64,000 nt of DNA. Source: a virus. The DNA lies in the IMG/VR virus record IMGVR_UViG_3300027969_002800, positions 1-64,000 of that record. One strand, written 5' to 3'. The notes below the pieces were generated by a model. That model made no database searches. It had not been told where the DNA came from and saw only the letters and a program-made list of their open reading frames with translations. Both the position numbers and the translations under genes were made by a program. Below are positions 33,701 to 42,748 of this stretch, piece by piece. Position 1 is the first letter of the stretch. Each line of letters starts with the position of its first letter.

Positions 33701-36700
33701 GATAAAGAGACTAATCAATTCTTAATTCCATTTGAAGCATCTCCTTCTTATATTGAGATAAGAAATGTTCTTTACTCATTGATTGATAAATCTATCATCT
33801 CTCCTAAGATGAATGGTGGTGCTCATGTACAGGTGCCTGCAACAATGTTTGAACAAGCAACTAAAGGAAGAAGTCTTGCTATTAAAACAGCAGAAGGTTG
33901 GAAGAAAATATCTAAAGAAGCTTATAATGCTCTTTCTGATGCAGATAAAAAGAATGTAATGTTAACTGATGACACACTTAAGTTTTACACTAAAGCAGAT
34001 CCTTATTGTGAAATATTACTTCCTCATTGGTTAAAAGGTAAACTTGGTAAACATGCAGATAAATCTGATGAAGAACTAATAGAATATCTAAACAATACAC
34101 CTGATGGTAAAGCTTTGTTACAAGGTATTGGTTTCCGTATTCCTACACAAGCTCTATCCTCTGTAGAAGCAGTTAGAGTGAAAGGGTTTCTTCCACAATA
34201 CATGGGATCAACTGTTGTTGTTCCTTCAGAAATCACTACTAAAGCAGGATCGGATTTTGATATAGATAAGTTAAATATGTACCTTAAATCTACTTACCTA
34301 GATAAGAATGGAGATGTTAGACTAATCAAATACATGGGATCTGAAGAAGCTACTAAGGAGTTCTATGGTGATATGTTTGATAAAGGATTACTTCTTAGCA
34401 AAGAACAAACTAGACAACTAGAACAAGAGCTTGCTCTTGGTAAAGATGCTGAGTATGAAGATAGACTTGTTAAGAGTATGTTTGGTGATCTTGGTGTATT
34501 CTCTGATGAAGACATCATTGATGACTTTACTAAATCATTAACTGAACAAGGAGTCAAAGAAACTGTTGTAAATGAAATGTATAAGAAATCTTTAGAGAAT
34601 GAATACTATGACTCTCTTGAGAAACTTATAACATTACCAGAAAACTTTGAAAGACTTATATCTCCTATTGGTGATGCTGGACTTAAGGCATTATCTATCG
34701 AATTAGATAAGTTAAGAGGGTATGATGAGACAACTATTAAGAATAGAATGCTTGATAGAAACTATCTAACTACTCTTAGAAACTCATTTGTTACAGCTAA
34801 ACGTTGGGTAGGTATTGCAGCAGTTAATATTACAAATCTATCATTGAAACAAAAGAGTGAAGTGTATATCGATCCTTCTAAGTTCTCAGGATTATCTGAA
34901 CAAGATGAAAGATTCTTAGGTGATGGAGAGATTGCATTGAAGCATAACACAGTGATGATTGATGGACAGGAAAGAGTTTCTTTATCTGGAACAACAGTAA
35001 AAGATTCAACTGAACTTATATCTAATAGACTTTCTGGGTATGCAACATCTTTTGTGGATGTAGCTAAGGATGACTATATAACTAAGATTATACAATCAGA
35101 TCTTGTTATTGGTACATTTATGTTCCTTGAGAATATTGGAGCAGGTGAACAAGCAGCAATGTTCTTAAATCAACCAATCATTTCTGAATACTTAAAATAT
35201 TTAAATAGTGTAAGTGCTAAAGGATTATTTACTGGTAAAAATATTGGAGTTATAAAAGATAAATTTGTAACTACTAAAGATAATCTTGCATCTACAGAAT
35301 TAAATGTTACAAACTTAGATGGTAACATTGTAGATTATTATGCAGGCACTACATTCAATGCAACAAGAAATGCTGAACAACATAAGATACTTGATGAATT
35401 CTTGAAATATGCTAAGATGGCTGAGTATAATTTTAAATTTACACAAGCTACAAACTATGATACCACTAAACTAAGAAGTGCTGAAACACTTTCTAAGAAA
35501 CAATGGAGAACACAAACTGCATTAGATACAAACATAATAAGTTCTGTTGATAATATATTGAATTCTACATTCATTGGACCACAGTCTAAATTCTTAGATA
35601 AGTCTACAGAAGCAATGGGAGCTGTTCTTAAACTTGATCAACTTGAGTTTAAAGAAATAACTAACACTGTTCTTAAGAGCTTTGGTAACAATGAGTACTT
35701 GGCTAATGATAAGTTTGAGAAGATAGCAGTGGAGATCAAAGCTGCATTCATTGACTATGTTGTACAGAATGAAACTAAGTATAGTGACAGGATAAAAGAA
35801 TTGCTTATAGATGATAACACTTCTGTGGCAGTTAGAATGGAAATAGCTAAGCAGAACAATCCAAACCTACAAATTCTTAAAGAGTTGCAAGTTGAAACAG
35901 GAGAAAGACCTGATGGTGTAAAAACTATTAGATTAAAGGTGAGACCTGATAATGCTGCTGATAAGAATATGTACACAGGAATGATGAGAGAACTTAGAGA
36001 CACTCCTGCAACAAATCAATTATATAAAGACATTGTAGAACTATCTATATTACAAGGAACATATGCTTCTCCATTATCTATTAGAGAGATTATCCCAATA
36101 GAAGACTACAGTGCTATAGTTGAACCAATCATTTCTGGACTTGTAGCTAACAAAAGTCTTGATGAGTTTACTAAAGGATGGTATCAAAGAAACAATTTCA
36201 AAAACTCTGATGTATTTCCTACTGTAGAAAACATTAAGTTCTTTCAGTCATTCACAGAACAACCTATAAGAACACCAGAAGGAGATCTATATAAATACTT
36301 CTCTTATGCATTTCCATCAGCAGAAGGTCTTGGCATAAAAGATGAGGATAGAAAGATTTTATTCCTTAGTGAGAAATATAACTTTATGGATTTAAAACAT
36401 GACTATGTTAAAATTCCTAGAGTTGTAGGTGGTATAGATATGGTTAATGGTAGAGAAGTTAGTTCAGCTGATTATGCCAGAAGAAAAGCTAAAGGTGATT
36501 ACTCATTAAAAGATTACTTTGGATATGAAAAAGTTAAAGATGAGTATGGTCAACCATTAATTATATATAAAACAATTAAAGGAGAAATAATAGGTCATCA
36601 TGTATACAAACTTATCAATCTATATGGAGATGGTAATAGAGCTACAGAGAACTATGAATATTTCAAACCATCAGTGATTGATAATGGATCAATGAAAATT

Positions 36701-37750
36701 GATGCAGAGATTCCTAATGCTGACATTATTAATTATTATGGTGCTAGTTTAGAAAAAGAAGACTTATCTTTACCAACAGAAGAAGTTATAACTGAACCTA
36801 AACAAGTGACTGAAAAATCTAAAAATATAGAAGTGGTAGATAGATACTCTATTACAGATGTACAAGCTAACCCAAATAAGATTTATGTATTTGGAGATAA
36901 TACTAAACGAGTAGGAACTGGTGGGCAAGCTCAAATTAGAAACAATCCTAATGCTATGGGTATTGCTACAAAATTAGAACCATCTAATGAACCTAATGCA
37001 TTTATGTCAGATAAAGATTTAGCTAGTAATAAAGAGGTAATTGATGGTGATATAACTAAGATAAAAGCAACAGGAAAGGCTATTGTATTACCTAAAGATG
37101 GATTTGGTACAGGACTTGCTAAACTAAAAGAAAAAGCTCCACAAACTTATGCATATTTAAAACGAAGACTATTAGAAGAATTTGGATTTGATAATGATAA
37201 AGGAACTATAACTGAACAAGTTGAAAAAGCTAAGCAAAGAGAATTGTTTACCTTTGAAAAAGGTATAGCTCAGAAATCATTCAGAAACAAAACTCTTAAC
37301 TTTGTAGATAAAATTACTACTAAGAAAGATACAGTGGTAGGTATGCAGTTTAATAAACAAACAAAAATAATAAATGTTGATCAAAAGGCGATGGTTCAAA
37401 AGTTTGAAGAAAAAGCTTGGACAACTCCTTCTCAACAATTAGATGGATCCTTTGCTACAGCTCTTGATGCAAATGAATTCAAGTCTGCAGAAGAGTGGTT
37501 TACATTTGGATTACTACATGAAGTTAAGCATGATACTATATTTAAAGAAGAAGGTGAGACTACTGGTCAATATGAAGATAGAATCAATCAAGCTGCATTA
37601 GAAGATCTAAGAAAGAATTATAATATTGAAGAATCTACAGCTGAAGTTATGACAGATTTAGGAATGCCAATATCTTTGCTTGGAATTTCTCAAGAAGAAT
37701 GGAATAGTTTATCAGTAGAGGAAAAAGAACAAATAAAAAAATGTAATTAA
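24788..37750 (+). CDS. Giant virion-packaged RNA polymerase polyprotein (two-barrel, crAss/phi14:2 gp66-like) with zincin-like, ART-like and other inserted domains
   Basis: GIGFRIPTQ and catalytic GSDFDIDKL (34253-34267); HEIFE and HEVKH zincin-like motifs; N-terminal hydrophobic helices. Confidence 0.9.
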   Translation: MPIFDNELIDNTSNRNYEQPKVDLRSIVLPEVDTNPNMGGFESYNQVPAKRGLTVDEISEMSRGVRDSTGWDSPIELVSKGELLSNKRYPMFQRDVDLENIYGLQQSWYSKLGRSLVKTGVTAAGTFAQSLTDIPNTISAIKNGSMSKLAGDPNGYEGGIDSWMKNMEDIIPNYMTREEKAHPYLAMIPFAPGSANFWGESVLKNLGFTAGAIAGAALQDIAIGAVTEGIGELPLVANQIGKAALWLNKLAGGTNKIETVLDLAKGLGKTEQQLLKLEKLGNLAQSAKVLNGARYGIISWGAAQTEAGVEARDGYRHVKEELIQQYKDGHFGEEPIGQDLQEIEDYSTNAMNTRFGINMALLTVSNAVQFGNLFKSFTTAQKGITGTLAKELGTAGKIGLKEGSIDVFEKKAATGLGGRIWDSVKPKLANVLSEGVYEEGGQFAAERGTYDYYTRKYKNLSNPNNKKNWDDLNEITSSTTYGLSEQFNTTEGVNNMIVGGLTAVLTGGAQQFYDYKKGNGADKRLTSSINTLNRYGLTGILSDKYDNTLSSMAIAKEMQAAADSGNVFKYKNLKHDMFFNYVQSRIPSGMHDVTIEQLNMLKDLNKEDFEKSFGMDFNASNQNTVAGYVDSLIEKANYIKSTTEAINGTFKNPFAYNVDPKNEEEATESFNHATFENWKKDLTYYGTVKDDVNDRLESIEQKVIAANPLINNDILAKVTDKDSLTELSRSYEEQANRLNGTINENTTTADRKAIREQIKALRTSSEKINLALNNGNLDLKTFNSILNFELNNQDGKKDDVVGFENATELFNYGADINKLTNLKKNSSEIFDKLSSEEGFDKYFKQAEDIAKEEVPLEDLEKAETSFTFVNKEKVKEPLQVDREYEIKATKKASIKKLADDRYQVTSPDGTTSFHKTKEEAAEEAKDLTDESNNLSKVKVLALNEDGTVKVEDVNGDILNIDPKRLSGYKKLETDQEKLLKNKEQLTKEQTDIENNSGTVVITTDTSFTPMDEAGAIVDANIFFQSGTTESEDYNDPTLSAQHVKNSREFLNNIDSLPNKGNMRAILVTPGQEGLVGLEGLAKLSYGSYDMSNVLDVENGFIGQVFIVQENGKSYFIDKDGTPLGEVGKQLSEEDMKKVIFQTMRTTKTTDSKGNPRFRGKQQELFEAYKKEYIKFREDLIANQDQMPAPFEFTVSRGIPKENTNPDGTKERNHVGGILIGKDKIDSQENLIVIPTTGSIFHNGQSIKFPDGTPVLQYGSTLQFLNNKKFNTKEASTIFQVVKAFAADTLAQSESGAPIRLNRDYSDYLQNVLYWRVGQTKTNNQININTAAMTIQIGGKEYSMSEIANNEKEIVDNLKEAFNAINNTTLTKKFDEEFLEYTLDKNGELNKEPIEWKNYQTYLLSDKNPDGSARSIDSTPLTTSVAAPTADIPYSFKQRYATVESMGLSIPTPTVEAQADEPSVPGVEKIGEYTIGNDTPNTYKLSGDRPVSFTAAYDENGKVAVQIESNETTKAIATNKTADGKKVVDEVIIPALKNIAVEKEQEFDLTKTDEEYVFDYLANTIASDLQNKKDAQVPVVEEVVVEEAPIVEEKKEIPTGADRFNGGPANLPGYRAVGVDGKERMTDAEFQLFKAWHAENAANIPFEVVDNLITMNNGEKAWGVFEDGVAKFVRGGLRGTEYHEIFEGIYKGMLSPEEQQALLDEFKSNAGVFTDRQSGKKISYADATDLQAKERIADDFADFRKGKLPARSLGEAIRNLFSRILNFFKSFVTNPSLKEDLFKAIDTGKFKERTLNNSYNVWHASDKQIDKFIAENKEGYFSKEKGGSPKAIFFTANKAPEVSFLSQREYQKQFSVTMINPLIVNTEEGYSREKESFKNLVNRALDNNHDGVIVKNVDDNGFNGDIYISLDAAKVSALAEYRAVEGLTEQQTREFVQDMTARAAGILYSEGEKGLLFSPDGITSGSMYSKIKAQYNNEYYANGFSKMELLGDVAWDELKEKTTLSLRTLGISFNEEDKVSINDEEANKNDYAPEPFSTDWKKNSTGAIKFSLATLLEVQATNQENSLSFKLPAPKVSSVVGFKLLNFTRAFATVLDKLSNTTSITKMVDKLSDLAKDDPNYVRLFQRVGGKLSNRSVPFSDFDATDWRYFIQFTQTFTKQKPDALIQYKEGTETYVAPANLYTAIKQTQNGWMENIKLLSSSDASLISYDKVNKTYQVDTERIQNLPTNFPQDRVKFLEEIGIDFPLEVYNKLKDLEQVSFEKAVSAIKKYLGAEKNIMTVSGKTLGNIGGQFTKLAELYNKVTNPNQESTYSGVEGQKIGAFAENNAPSLFENEFNEANTLDELLEKRPELRDVYSKGSQVLKKGGLFFDAEGKRIKEMKVSYIQGTKLIDDNKGVATTKLTLGERFTQEINQNLDGNYYVLIPADGSTEWMMNLGNTIKLKEIEGGRAWSKINKIFQGYLKDDIALALDADNREKLNNIGNKAKELRFFKDILSEKALADINELISENATMESFETYISENAEDINNSIKEYIDSTVVETREVLTENKQIRLLKEGVYAYSGLIDTFAKNEAFDKFALSDQTINDILTFANVNYIINNIEYHKVLFGDPYQFAIKKDGSLDETKRIKSFLSPRRTTFDTPEFNTFLNQKLNKIGEINLKPGDPGYQQFKAYTNTVTFKDVTIAGSLSNAISAYSKTNEADAMSWLMDGTYREIKLKNGQWSEEAEAWHQWQMAYTRQNYPGYTYTSDNLKRHDTALVKTKEPKHVLEVLKPIVSGNKYGKNNLDLVLDKFSQMPVYYSMVKGTTLEKLYVKMFEAGVGYAIVESGRKVGAEELHSLYNTDGSFNDNAFNNNIQVPWKAYGIQVETATEGVKQQTRGSQLTKLSSMDLFDNGQTIGATPERQEAIRNEYNRNVKILNDLHQHGYNTLLTRLGVVDNGNGFTLKDGKAVSETLMRELLRREASDNTIDTLQLDKETNQFLIPFEASPSYIEIRNVLYSLIDKSIISPKMNGGAHVQVPATMFEQATKGRSLAIKTAEGWKKISKEAYNALSDADKKNVMLTDDTLKFYTKADPYCEILLPHWLKGKLGKHADKSDEELIEYLNNTPDGKALLQGIGFRIPTQALSSVEAVRVKGFLPQYMGSTVVVPSEITTKAGSDFDIDKLNMYLKSTYLDKNGDVRLIKYMGSEEATKEFYGDMFDKGLLLSKEQTRQLEQELALGKDAEYEDRLVKSMFGDLGVFSDEDIIDDFTKSLTEQGVKETVVNEMYKKSLENEYYDSLEKLITLPENFERLISPIGDAGLKALSIELDKLRGYDETTIKNRMLDRNYLTTLRNSFVTAKRWVGIAAVNITNLSLKQKSEVYIDPSKFSGLSEQDERFLGDGEIALKHNTVMIDGQERVSLSGTTVKDSTELISNRLSGYATSFVDVAKDDYITKIIQSDLVIGTFMFLENIGAGEQAAMFLNQPIISEYLKYLNSVSAKGLFTGKNIGVIKDKFVTTKDNLASTELNVTNLDGNIVDYYAGTTFNATRNAEQHKILDEFLKYAKMAEYNFKFTQATNYDTTKLRSAETLSKKQWRTQTALDTNIISSVDNILNSTFIGPQSKFLDKSTEAMGAVLKLDQLEFKEITNTVLKSFGNNEYLANDKFEKIAVEIKAAFIDYVVQNETKYSDRIKELLIDDNTSVAVRMEIAKQNNPNLQILKELQVETGERPDGVKTIRLKVRPDNAADKNMYTGMMRELRDTPATNQLYKDIVELSILQGTYASPLSIREIIPIEDYSAIVEPIISGLVANKSLDEFTKGWYQRNNFKNSDVFPTVENIKFFQSFTEQPIRTPEGDLYKYFSYAFPSAEGLGIKDEDRKILFLSEKYNFMDLKHDYVKIPRVVGGIDMVNGREVSSADYARRKAKGDYSLKDYFGYEKVKDEYGQPLIIYKTIKGEIIGHHVYKLINLYGDGNRATENYEYFKPSVIDNGSMKIDAEIPNADIINYYGASLEKEDLSLPTEEVITEPKQVTEKSKNIEVVDRYSITDVQANPNKIYVFGDNTKRVGTGGQAQIRNNPNAMGIATKLEPSNEPNAFMSDKDLASNKEVIDGDITKIKATGKAIVLPKDGFGTGLAKLKEKAPQTYAYLKRRLLEEFGFDNDKGTITEQVEKAKQRELFTFEKGIAQKSFRNKTLNFVDKITTKKDTVVGMQFNKQTKIINVDQKAMVQKFEEKAWTTPSQQLDGSFATALDANEFKSAEEWFTFGLLHEVKHDTIFKEEGETTGQYEDRINQAALEDLRKNYNIEESTAEVMTDLGMPISLLGISQEEWNSLSVEEKEQIKKCN

Positions 37751-40700
37751 ATGGCAAATTGTGTTAATATAAATTCCAAAGAATTTAAAGAATTAAAACG
37801 ACAAACTAATTTGTCTGAAAAAGTTCTACAGGCTAAAGTAGGTGTATGGCAAAATAAGAATGGAGAAGAAAATTTTCCTTCTAAAGAAGATATATATTCT
37901 GATATGTCTATTCCTAAAAGACTTGGAATTTTTAAAAAAGAAGTAAGTTACTCGCAATCTATAAATATAAATAAGAATGTAAGAATATATAATAAGAATA
38001 ATGATACTTCTTTATATGTAAACTTTAAAAAAGTTGGACAGGCAGATATCTATACATGGGATATTGTAGATAAAAGAAGCGGACAATCTATTTTTTTACA
38101 AAAAGAAGGAACAGAGATAAAATCTGCTGCTTCAAAAACCATTGCTGCATTAAAAGATTTCACTAAACGTATTGGTGTAGATATAAAAAATGTAAAAGAT
38201 ATAGTGGTAGATGGCGTTAGACAAGATGCTAATGGTGCTGCTATAATGATGCAAAGACTTATTGAAGTGGTAGAGGGTAAAGAAGCTCAAGCTCTTCCTG
38301 AAGAAGCTATGCACTTTGCTGTTGAGATAATTGAACAAAAAAATCCTAAACTATTCAATCAACTTCTTAAAGAGATCACTGATTATACTATTTATAATGA
38401 TGTACTTAGAGATTACTCAGATGATCCTAAATATCAAACCCCAGAAGGCAAACCAGACATCCGTAAGCTAAAGAAAGAAGCTATTGGTAAAGTGTTAGCT
38501 GAAGTGGTTATTAATCAATCTGAGGGCATCAGTGAGCATCCAGAGAAGATAGCTAAAGTTGAAACTTGGTGGTCTAAAATAATGAATAGTTTAAAAAACT
38601 TATTTACTACAAGTGGATTTGATCAAGCTTCTATGGATATACTTTCTGGTAAGAATATTGGTACAGCTGAAGATATAACAAGTACAGATGTTTATTTACA
38701 AAAGACTGAAGCATCTAAACAAGAACAAATTTATAATTCAATAAAAGAAATAGCTAGTAAGATAAAGAAAGAAGATGATGGCTATTCTATAGATGGTAAG
38801 AAGATAGGTAGAAGGGTTTCTGATATTGTATCAGACTGGTATAAAAGAAGACTGGGAGAAGGATCATTAACTAATGATGAGTTCACTAATACAGTTAATG
38901 ATCTTAAAGCAACCAAAGGTACAGCAGGACATGCTGATCTTGAACATGCATTTGAAATATTTGTTGATGAGAATGGAAAATTGAGAGATGAGATATTAAA
39001 TGATGATGGATATGTTTCTCAATTAAATCCTAATGATAGAACTATGTATGATATATTGAAGAAGAATCTTCAAGATAGACTTGCTACATTCCCTAAAGGA
39101 ACTATATTCATGTCTGAAGCTACATTATATGATGCTAAAAGAGATATGGCAGGTACTGTGGATTTCTTAGCTATTACACCAGAAGGAAAGGTGAACATCC
39201 TTGACTGGAAGTTCATGGATCTTAATACAGATAAGTATGAAGATATTCCTTGGTATAAAATCAATGCATGGAACATTCAGATGGAACAATATAAATACAT
39301 GATTAGTCGTGTATACAATGTTAAGAATGAAAACTTTGAACAAACAAGGATGATTCCTATAAAAGCTGTTTACTCAGAGGCTAATAGAAAGACAGGAGCA
39401 ATGCCTCAATTGCTAAGTATTAAGATTGGTGATGTAAATGTTAAAAATATACAAGAGGATTATTTAATTCCTGTAGGTCTTGAAGCTGAAAAGACTGGAA
39501 ACAAAAAGATTGATGGCTTATTAGAAAAACTAAATGGTATCTATAAAAAACTTTCTGCAGAGAAAGCTCTTCCTTCAGAAAAAATAAACAAGGCTGAGCA
39601 ATTGAATGCTTTGTTTTCTGCTATTAGACAATTGCAAATGAAACAAAACATTGCTCCATTATTATATCAAGCAAAAGTTTTGAATAAACAAATCGAAGCT
39701 ACAATAAATATATACAATACTAAATTCAAGGGTGAGGATAAATCTAAATTTACTGAAGTTGAAATTAGTGAGTTTGCTAACACATTAGAAGTTATACAAC
39801 AAGCTTTAGATTCTTATATGAATCTAGATACAGAATTAAAATTCTTATTTCAAGGTGAATTATCTGAAGAAGATAAGAAGTTAAAAGAAGAACTTAGAGA
39901 TACAGTTGATAATGCTAGAGAGTACAAGGACCAATTAAAAGATGTTGATATAGAATATATAGAAAACTTTGTTGGTGGTTCTGCTACTGCTGAGAAGATA
40001 GTGAAAGGACTAACCAAGTGGTTTGGTAACACTGCTACAATTCAATTAAAAGCATTAGAGGTGCTATTTAAAAAATCTAATAAAGCATATGCTTTAGCTG
40101 GAATGGATGTTCAAACAGAAGTTAAAAAACTAACTAATATAAAGAGTTCTTTTGAAAAGTGGGCATCAGCTAAAGGACTTAGTGTTAAAAATCAATTTGA
40201 TTTACTTAAGAAGAAAGAGTCTAATGAATTAATCGATGAGTTCGATCCTACGTTTTATTCTACATTAAAAGAAAAGATTAAAGATAAAGACATTAGTTGG
40301 ATCAAAGATAATGTAGATGTAGAAGCATATAGAAAATATCTTGAAGAAAAAAGAGAGGAAGAGTATCAAAGAATTGATGATAAAGCTGCGTACAGAGTAG
40401 GTAGCGAAGAACAAATTAATAAAGATATAGCTAGAGAGAAATCTAAAGTGAGTGATCTTTATAATATTCTATCAGATAAATCTGTAGGATGGTTACTTGA
40501 AAATGATATAAAGAAGTTTCCTAAAAGAGAAACTTGGGAATCTGCTGAATGGAAAGAATTAAATAAACCAGAGAATGCTCCAGCTAAAGAGTTCTATGAT
40601 TACATCAAAGAAAGAAATCAATATTACCAAAGTATAGGATATATAAATGCAGCTGATGCTAGAACGTTTCTTCCATGGGTTAGAAAAGGTTTTACAGAAA

Positions 40701-42661
40701 AACTTATATTTGGTGGGAATGTTACAATAGGAGAACAATTCTTAAGAAACATATCTGTTGATGAAGGAGATACAGGATATGGAGCAATTGACCCTAATAC
40801 AGGTAAACCAATTGACACTATACCTAGATACTTAACAGGTAAGATAGATGGAGAAGTATCTACAGATCTATTTAAAACTATGGCAATGTACAATGAGTTT
40901 GCTATCAAGTTTAAATACTTAACAGATATAGAAGCACAGGGTAGAGCTCTTGTTAGATTGGAAAGAAATAAAAAAGCTATTGCAACATCTTATTTTGGCA
41001 AGACTGAATATAAAGATGGTGTACTACAATACAATCCAGATAACACAGAGAATACTAAACTAGTTGAGGATATGGTAAAAGCTATTATCTATCAACAACA
41101 ATATATACAAAGTGATACATTTGATCAAGTGCTAGGAACATTTGGTAAGTTAGGTGAAAGAGTTAATAAAAAGTTAGGAATGAAAATACTTCCTGAAAAC
41201 TTAGAAGGAAGACAAGTTTCTGTAAACAAAGTGGTTACACAATTAAATAATTCATTCCAAGTGATGACATTAGGATTAAATCCTCTATCTTCTTTGTCGA
41301 ATTTATTTGGTGGTAAGACACAATCATTTATAAACTCAGGTAAGTATTTTACTAAAACAGATTTTGTAACTACAGAGATGTGGTTATTAGCAAATAAAAT
41401 GGGTGGACAAGATAAACAAAAAGCATTAGCTGCTTTAGATTATTTCATTCCATTCACAGAAAATTATAATAGACATGCTGCTAGAAAACTTTCTCTTAAT
41501 AAGTTGAATGATGAGGCTGTTCAAGATTTTCTTATGGTAATGATGAGAAGTGGTGAGGAGTCTGTACAGACTACTAACTTTTTTAGTTTCTTAAAGAATT
41601 CAATTGTATTAGATGGTCAAGTGGTTAACACTAGGGAGTATTTAAAATCAACTGATGAATATAAAGACTTCTATGCAGGAACACAAAGTGAAAGAGATGC
41701 TAGAGCTGCAAAGTTTGAAGAAGATGTAACAGCTCTTAATGAAGAGAAAGGTGTTTTACAATTAGGAAAAGTTGTTGATGGTGAGTTTGTAATTCCTGGT
41801 GTAGAAAGAAAGTCTGATTCTGTAATAGAACTTAGAAGAAAGGTGCAACAGTTCACTAGTGATGCATTAGGAAACTTAACAGAAGAGAACAAACGTTTAA
41901 TTAACTTAAATGTATATGGTAAATCATTCATGGTGTTTAAGAACTGGATTCCTAGACTTGTAGATGTACGTATGGGTAATGTTAAATATAATTCTGCTTC
42001 TGATGCATACGAATGGGGAAGAACTAGAATGTTTGTTAGAATGATATCTGAAGACTATATGAAATCTTTAGGAAATCTTATTAATACATTACAAGGAAAT
42101 GATAAAGGAATGGAATTTGTCAGAAAACTTTATGAAAAGAAGAAGGCTGATTATGAAACTGATACCAATAAAGAGTTTAAGATGACAGAAGCTGAGTTCA
42201 CCGATCTTGTTAAACAGAATTTAAAAAATCAAATTGTAGATTTCTTATTCTATGCAGGATTGTTTGCATTATACTTAGGAGTGAAAGCACTTGCTCCTGA
42301 TGATGATGAGGATCCTTTAGTTAAGAATCAACATAAATTTGCACTAAAAGCAATTGATAAACTTAGAGATGAGATTGGATATTTCTATGATCCAACTAGT
42401 CTTGGTACATTAGTATCAGGAGGAGTATTTCCATCAGTACAATTATTAACTAATTATAGAAAAGCATTAGGTAGTTTCTTAATTGAAAATTATGCAATTG
42501 CGACAGGAAATGAAAAGTTAGAAGAAAAGAATAAAGTGATTAAATATTGGATGAAATCTTTCAAGGTGACTAATCAAATGTCAGCTCTTCTACCATTGTT
42601 CTCTCCAGAGCTTGCAAAAGATCTTGACATTAGAATGCAATCAAAATTTGGAATTAGATAA
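37751..42661 (+). CDS. Large ejected polyvalent protein with zincin-like and PD-(D/E)XK nuclease domains
   Basis: EEAMHF; KGTAGH...SEATL...AGTVDFL...ILDWK; hydrophobic segment near the C-terminus. Confidence 0.75.
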   Translation: MANCVNINSKEFKELKRQTNLSEKVLQAKVGVWQNKNGEENFPSKEDIYSDMSIPKRLGIFKKEVSYSQSININKNVRIYNKNNDTSLYVNFKKVGQADIYTWDIVDKRSGQSIFLQKEGTEIKSAASKTIAALKDFTKRIGVDIKNVKDIVVDGVRQDANGAAIMMQRLIEVVEGKEAQALPEEAMHFAVEIIEQKNPKLFNQLLKEITDYTIYNDVLRDYSDDPKYQTPEGKPDIRKLKKEAIGKVLAEVVINQSEGISEHPEKIAKVETWWSKIMNSLKNLFTTSGFDQASMDILSGKNIGTAEDITSTDVYLQKTEASKQEQIYNSIKEIASKIKKEDDGYSIDGKKIGRRVSDIVSDWYKRRLGEGSLTNDEFTNTVNDLKATKGTAGHADLEHAFEIFVDENGKLRDEILNDDGYVSQLNPNDRTMYDILKKNLQDRLATFPKGTIFMSEATLYDAKRDMAGTVDFLAITPEGKVNILDWKFMDLNTDKYEDIPWYKINAWNIQMEQYKYMISRVYNVKNENFEQTRMIPIKAVYSEANRKTGAMPQLLSIKIGDVNVKNIQEDYLIPVGLEAEKTGNKKIDGLLEKLNGIYKKLSAEKALPSEKINKAEQLNALFSAIRQLQMKQNIAPLLYQAKVLNKQIEATINIYNTKFKGEDKSKFTEVEISEFANTLEVIQQALDSYMNLDTELKFLFQGELSEEDKKLKEELRDTVDNAREYKDQLKDVDIEYIENFVGGSATAEKIVKGLTKWFGNTATIQLKALEVLFKKSNKAYALAGMDVQTEVKKLTNIKSSFEKWASAKGLSVKNQFDLLKKKESNELIDEFDPTFYSTLKEKIKDKDISWIKDNVDVEAYRKYLEEKREEEYQRIDDKAAYRVGSEEQINKDIAREKSKVSDLYNILSDKSVGWLLENDIKKFPKRETWESAEWKELNKPENAPAKEFYDYIKERNQYYQSIGYINAADARTFLPWVRKGFTEKLIFGGNVTIGEQFLRNISVDEGDTGYGAIDPNTGKPIDTIPRYLTGKIDGEVSTDLFKTMAMYNEFAIKFKYLTDIEAQGRALVRLERNKKAIATSYFGKTEYKDGVLQYNPDNTENTKLVEDMVKAIIYQQQYIQSDTFDQVLGTFGKLGERVNKKLGMKILPENLEGRQVSVNKVVTQLNNSFQVMTLGLNPLSSLSNLFGGKTQSFINSGKYFTKTDFVTTEMWLLANKMGGQDKQKALAALDYFIPFTENYNRHAARKLSLNKLNDEAVQDFLMVMMRSGEESVQTTNFFSFLKNSIVLDGQVVNTREYLKSTDEYKDFYAGTQSERDARAAKFEEDVTALNEEKGVLQLGKVVDGEFVIPGVERKSDSVIELRRKVQQFTSDALGNLTEENKRLINLNVYGKSFMVFKNWIPRLVDVRMGNVKYNSASDAYEWGRTRMFVRMISEDYMKSLGNLINTLQGNDKGMEFVRKLYEKKKADYETDTNKEFKMTEAEFTDLVKQNLKNQIVDFLFYAGLFALYLGVKALAPDDDEDPLVKNQHKFALKAIDKLRDEIGYFYDPTSLGTLVSGGVFPSVQLLTNYRKALGSFLIENYAIATGNEKLEEKNKVIKYWMKSFKVTNQMSALLPLFSPELAKDLDIRMQSKFGIR

Positions 42662-42667
42662 TCAAAC

Positions 42668-42730
42668 GCTATATTATACCTATCTATTTCATACAACACT
42701 TTGACCTTAAGTTTATAAACATTATTTTTA
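42668..42730 (+). promoter_or_regulatory. Promoter with GCTATATTAT box, TTTG (-33) and TATTTTTA (-7-like)
   Basis: The box lies 55 bp upstream of the -7 element, the same spacing as at 50079/50134. Confidence 0.55.
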
Positions 42731-42748
42731 CAGATTAATACACATATT

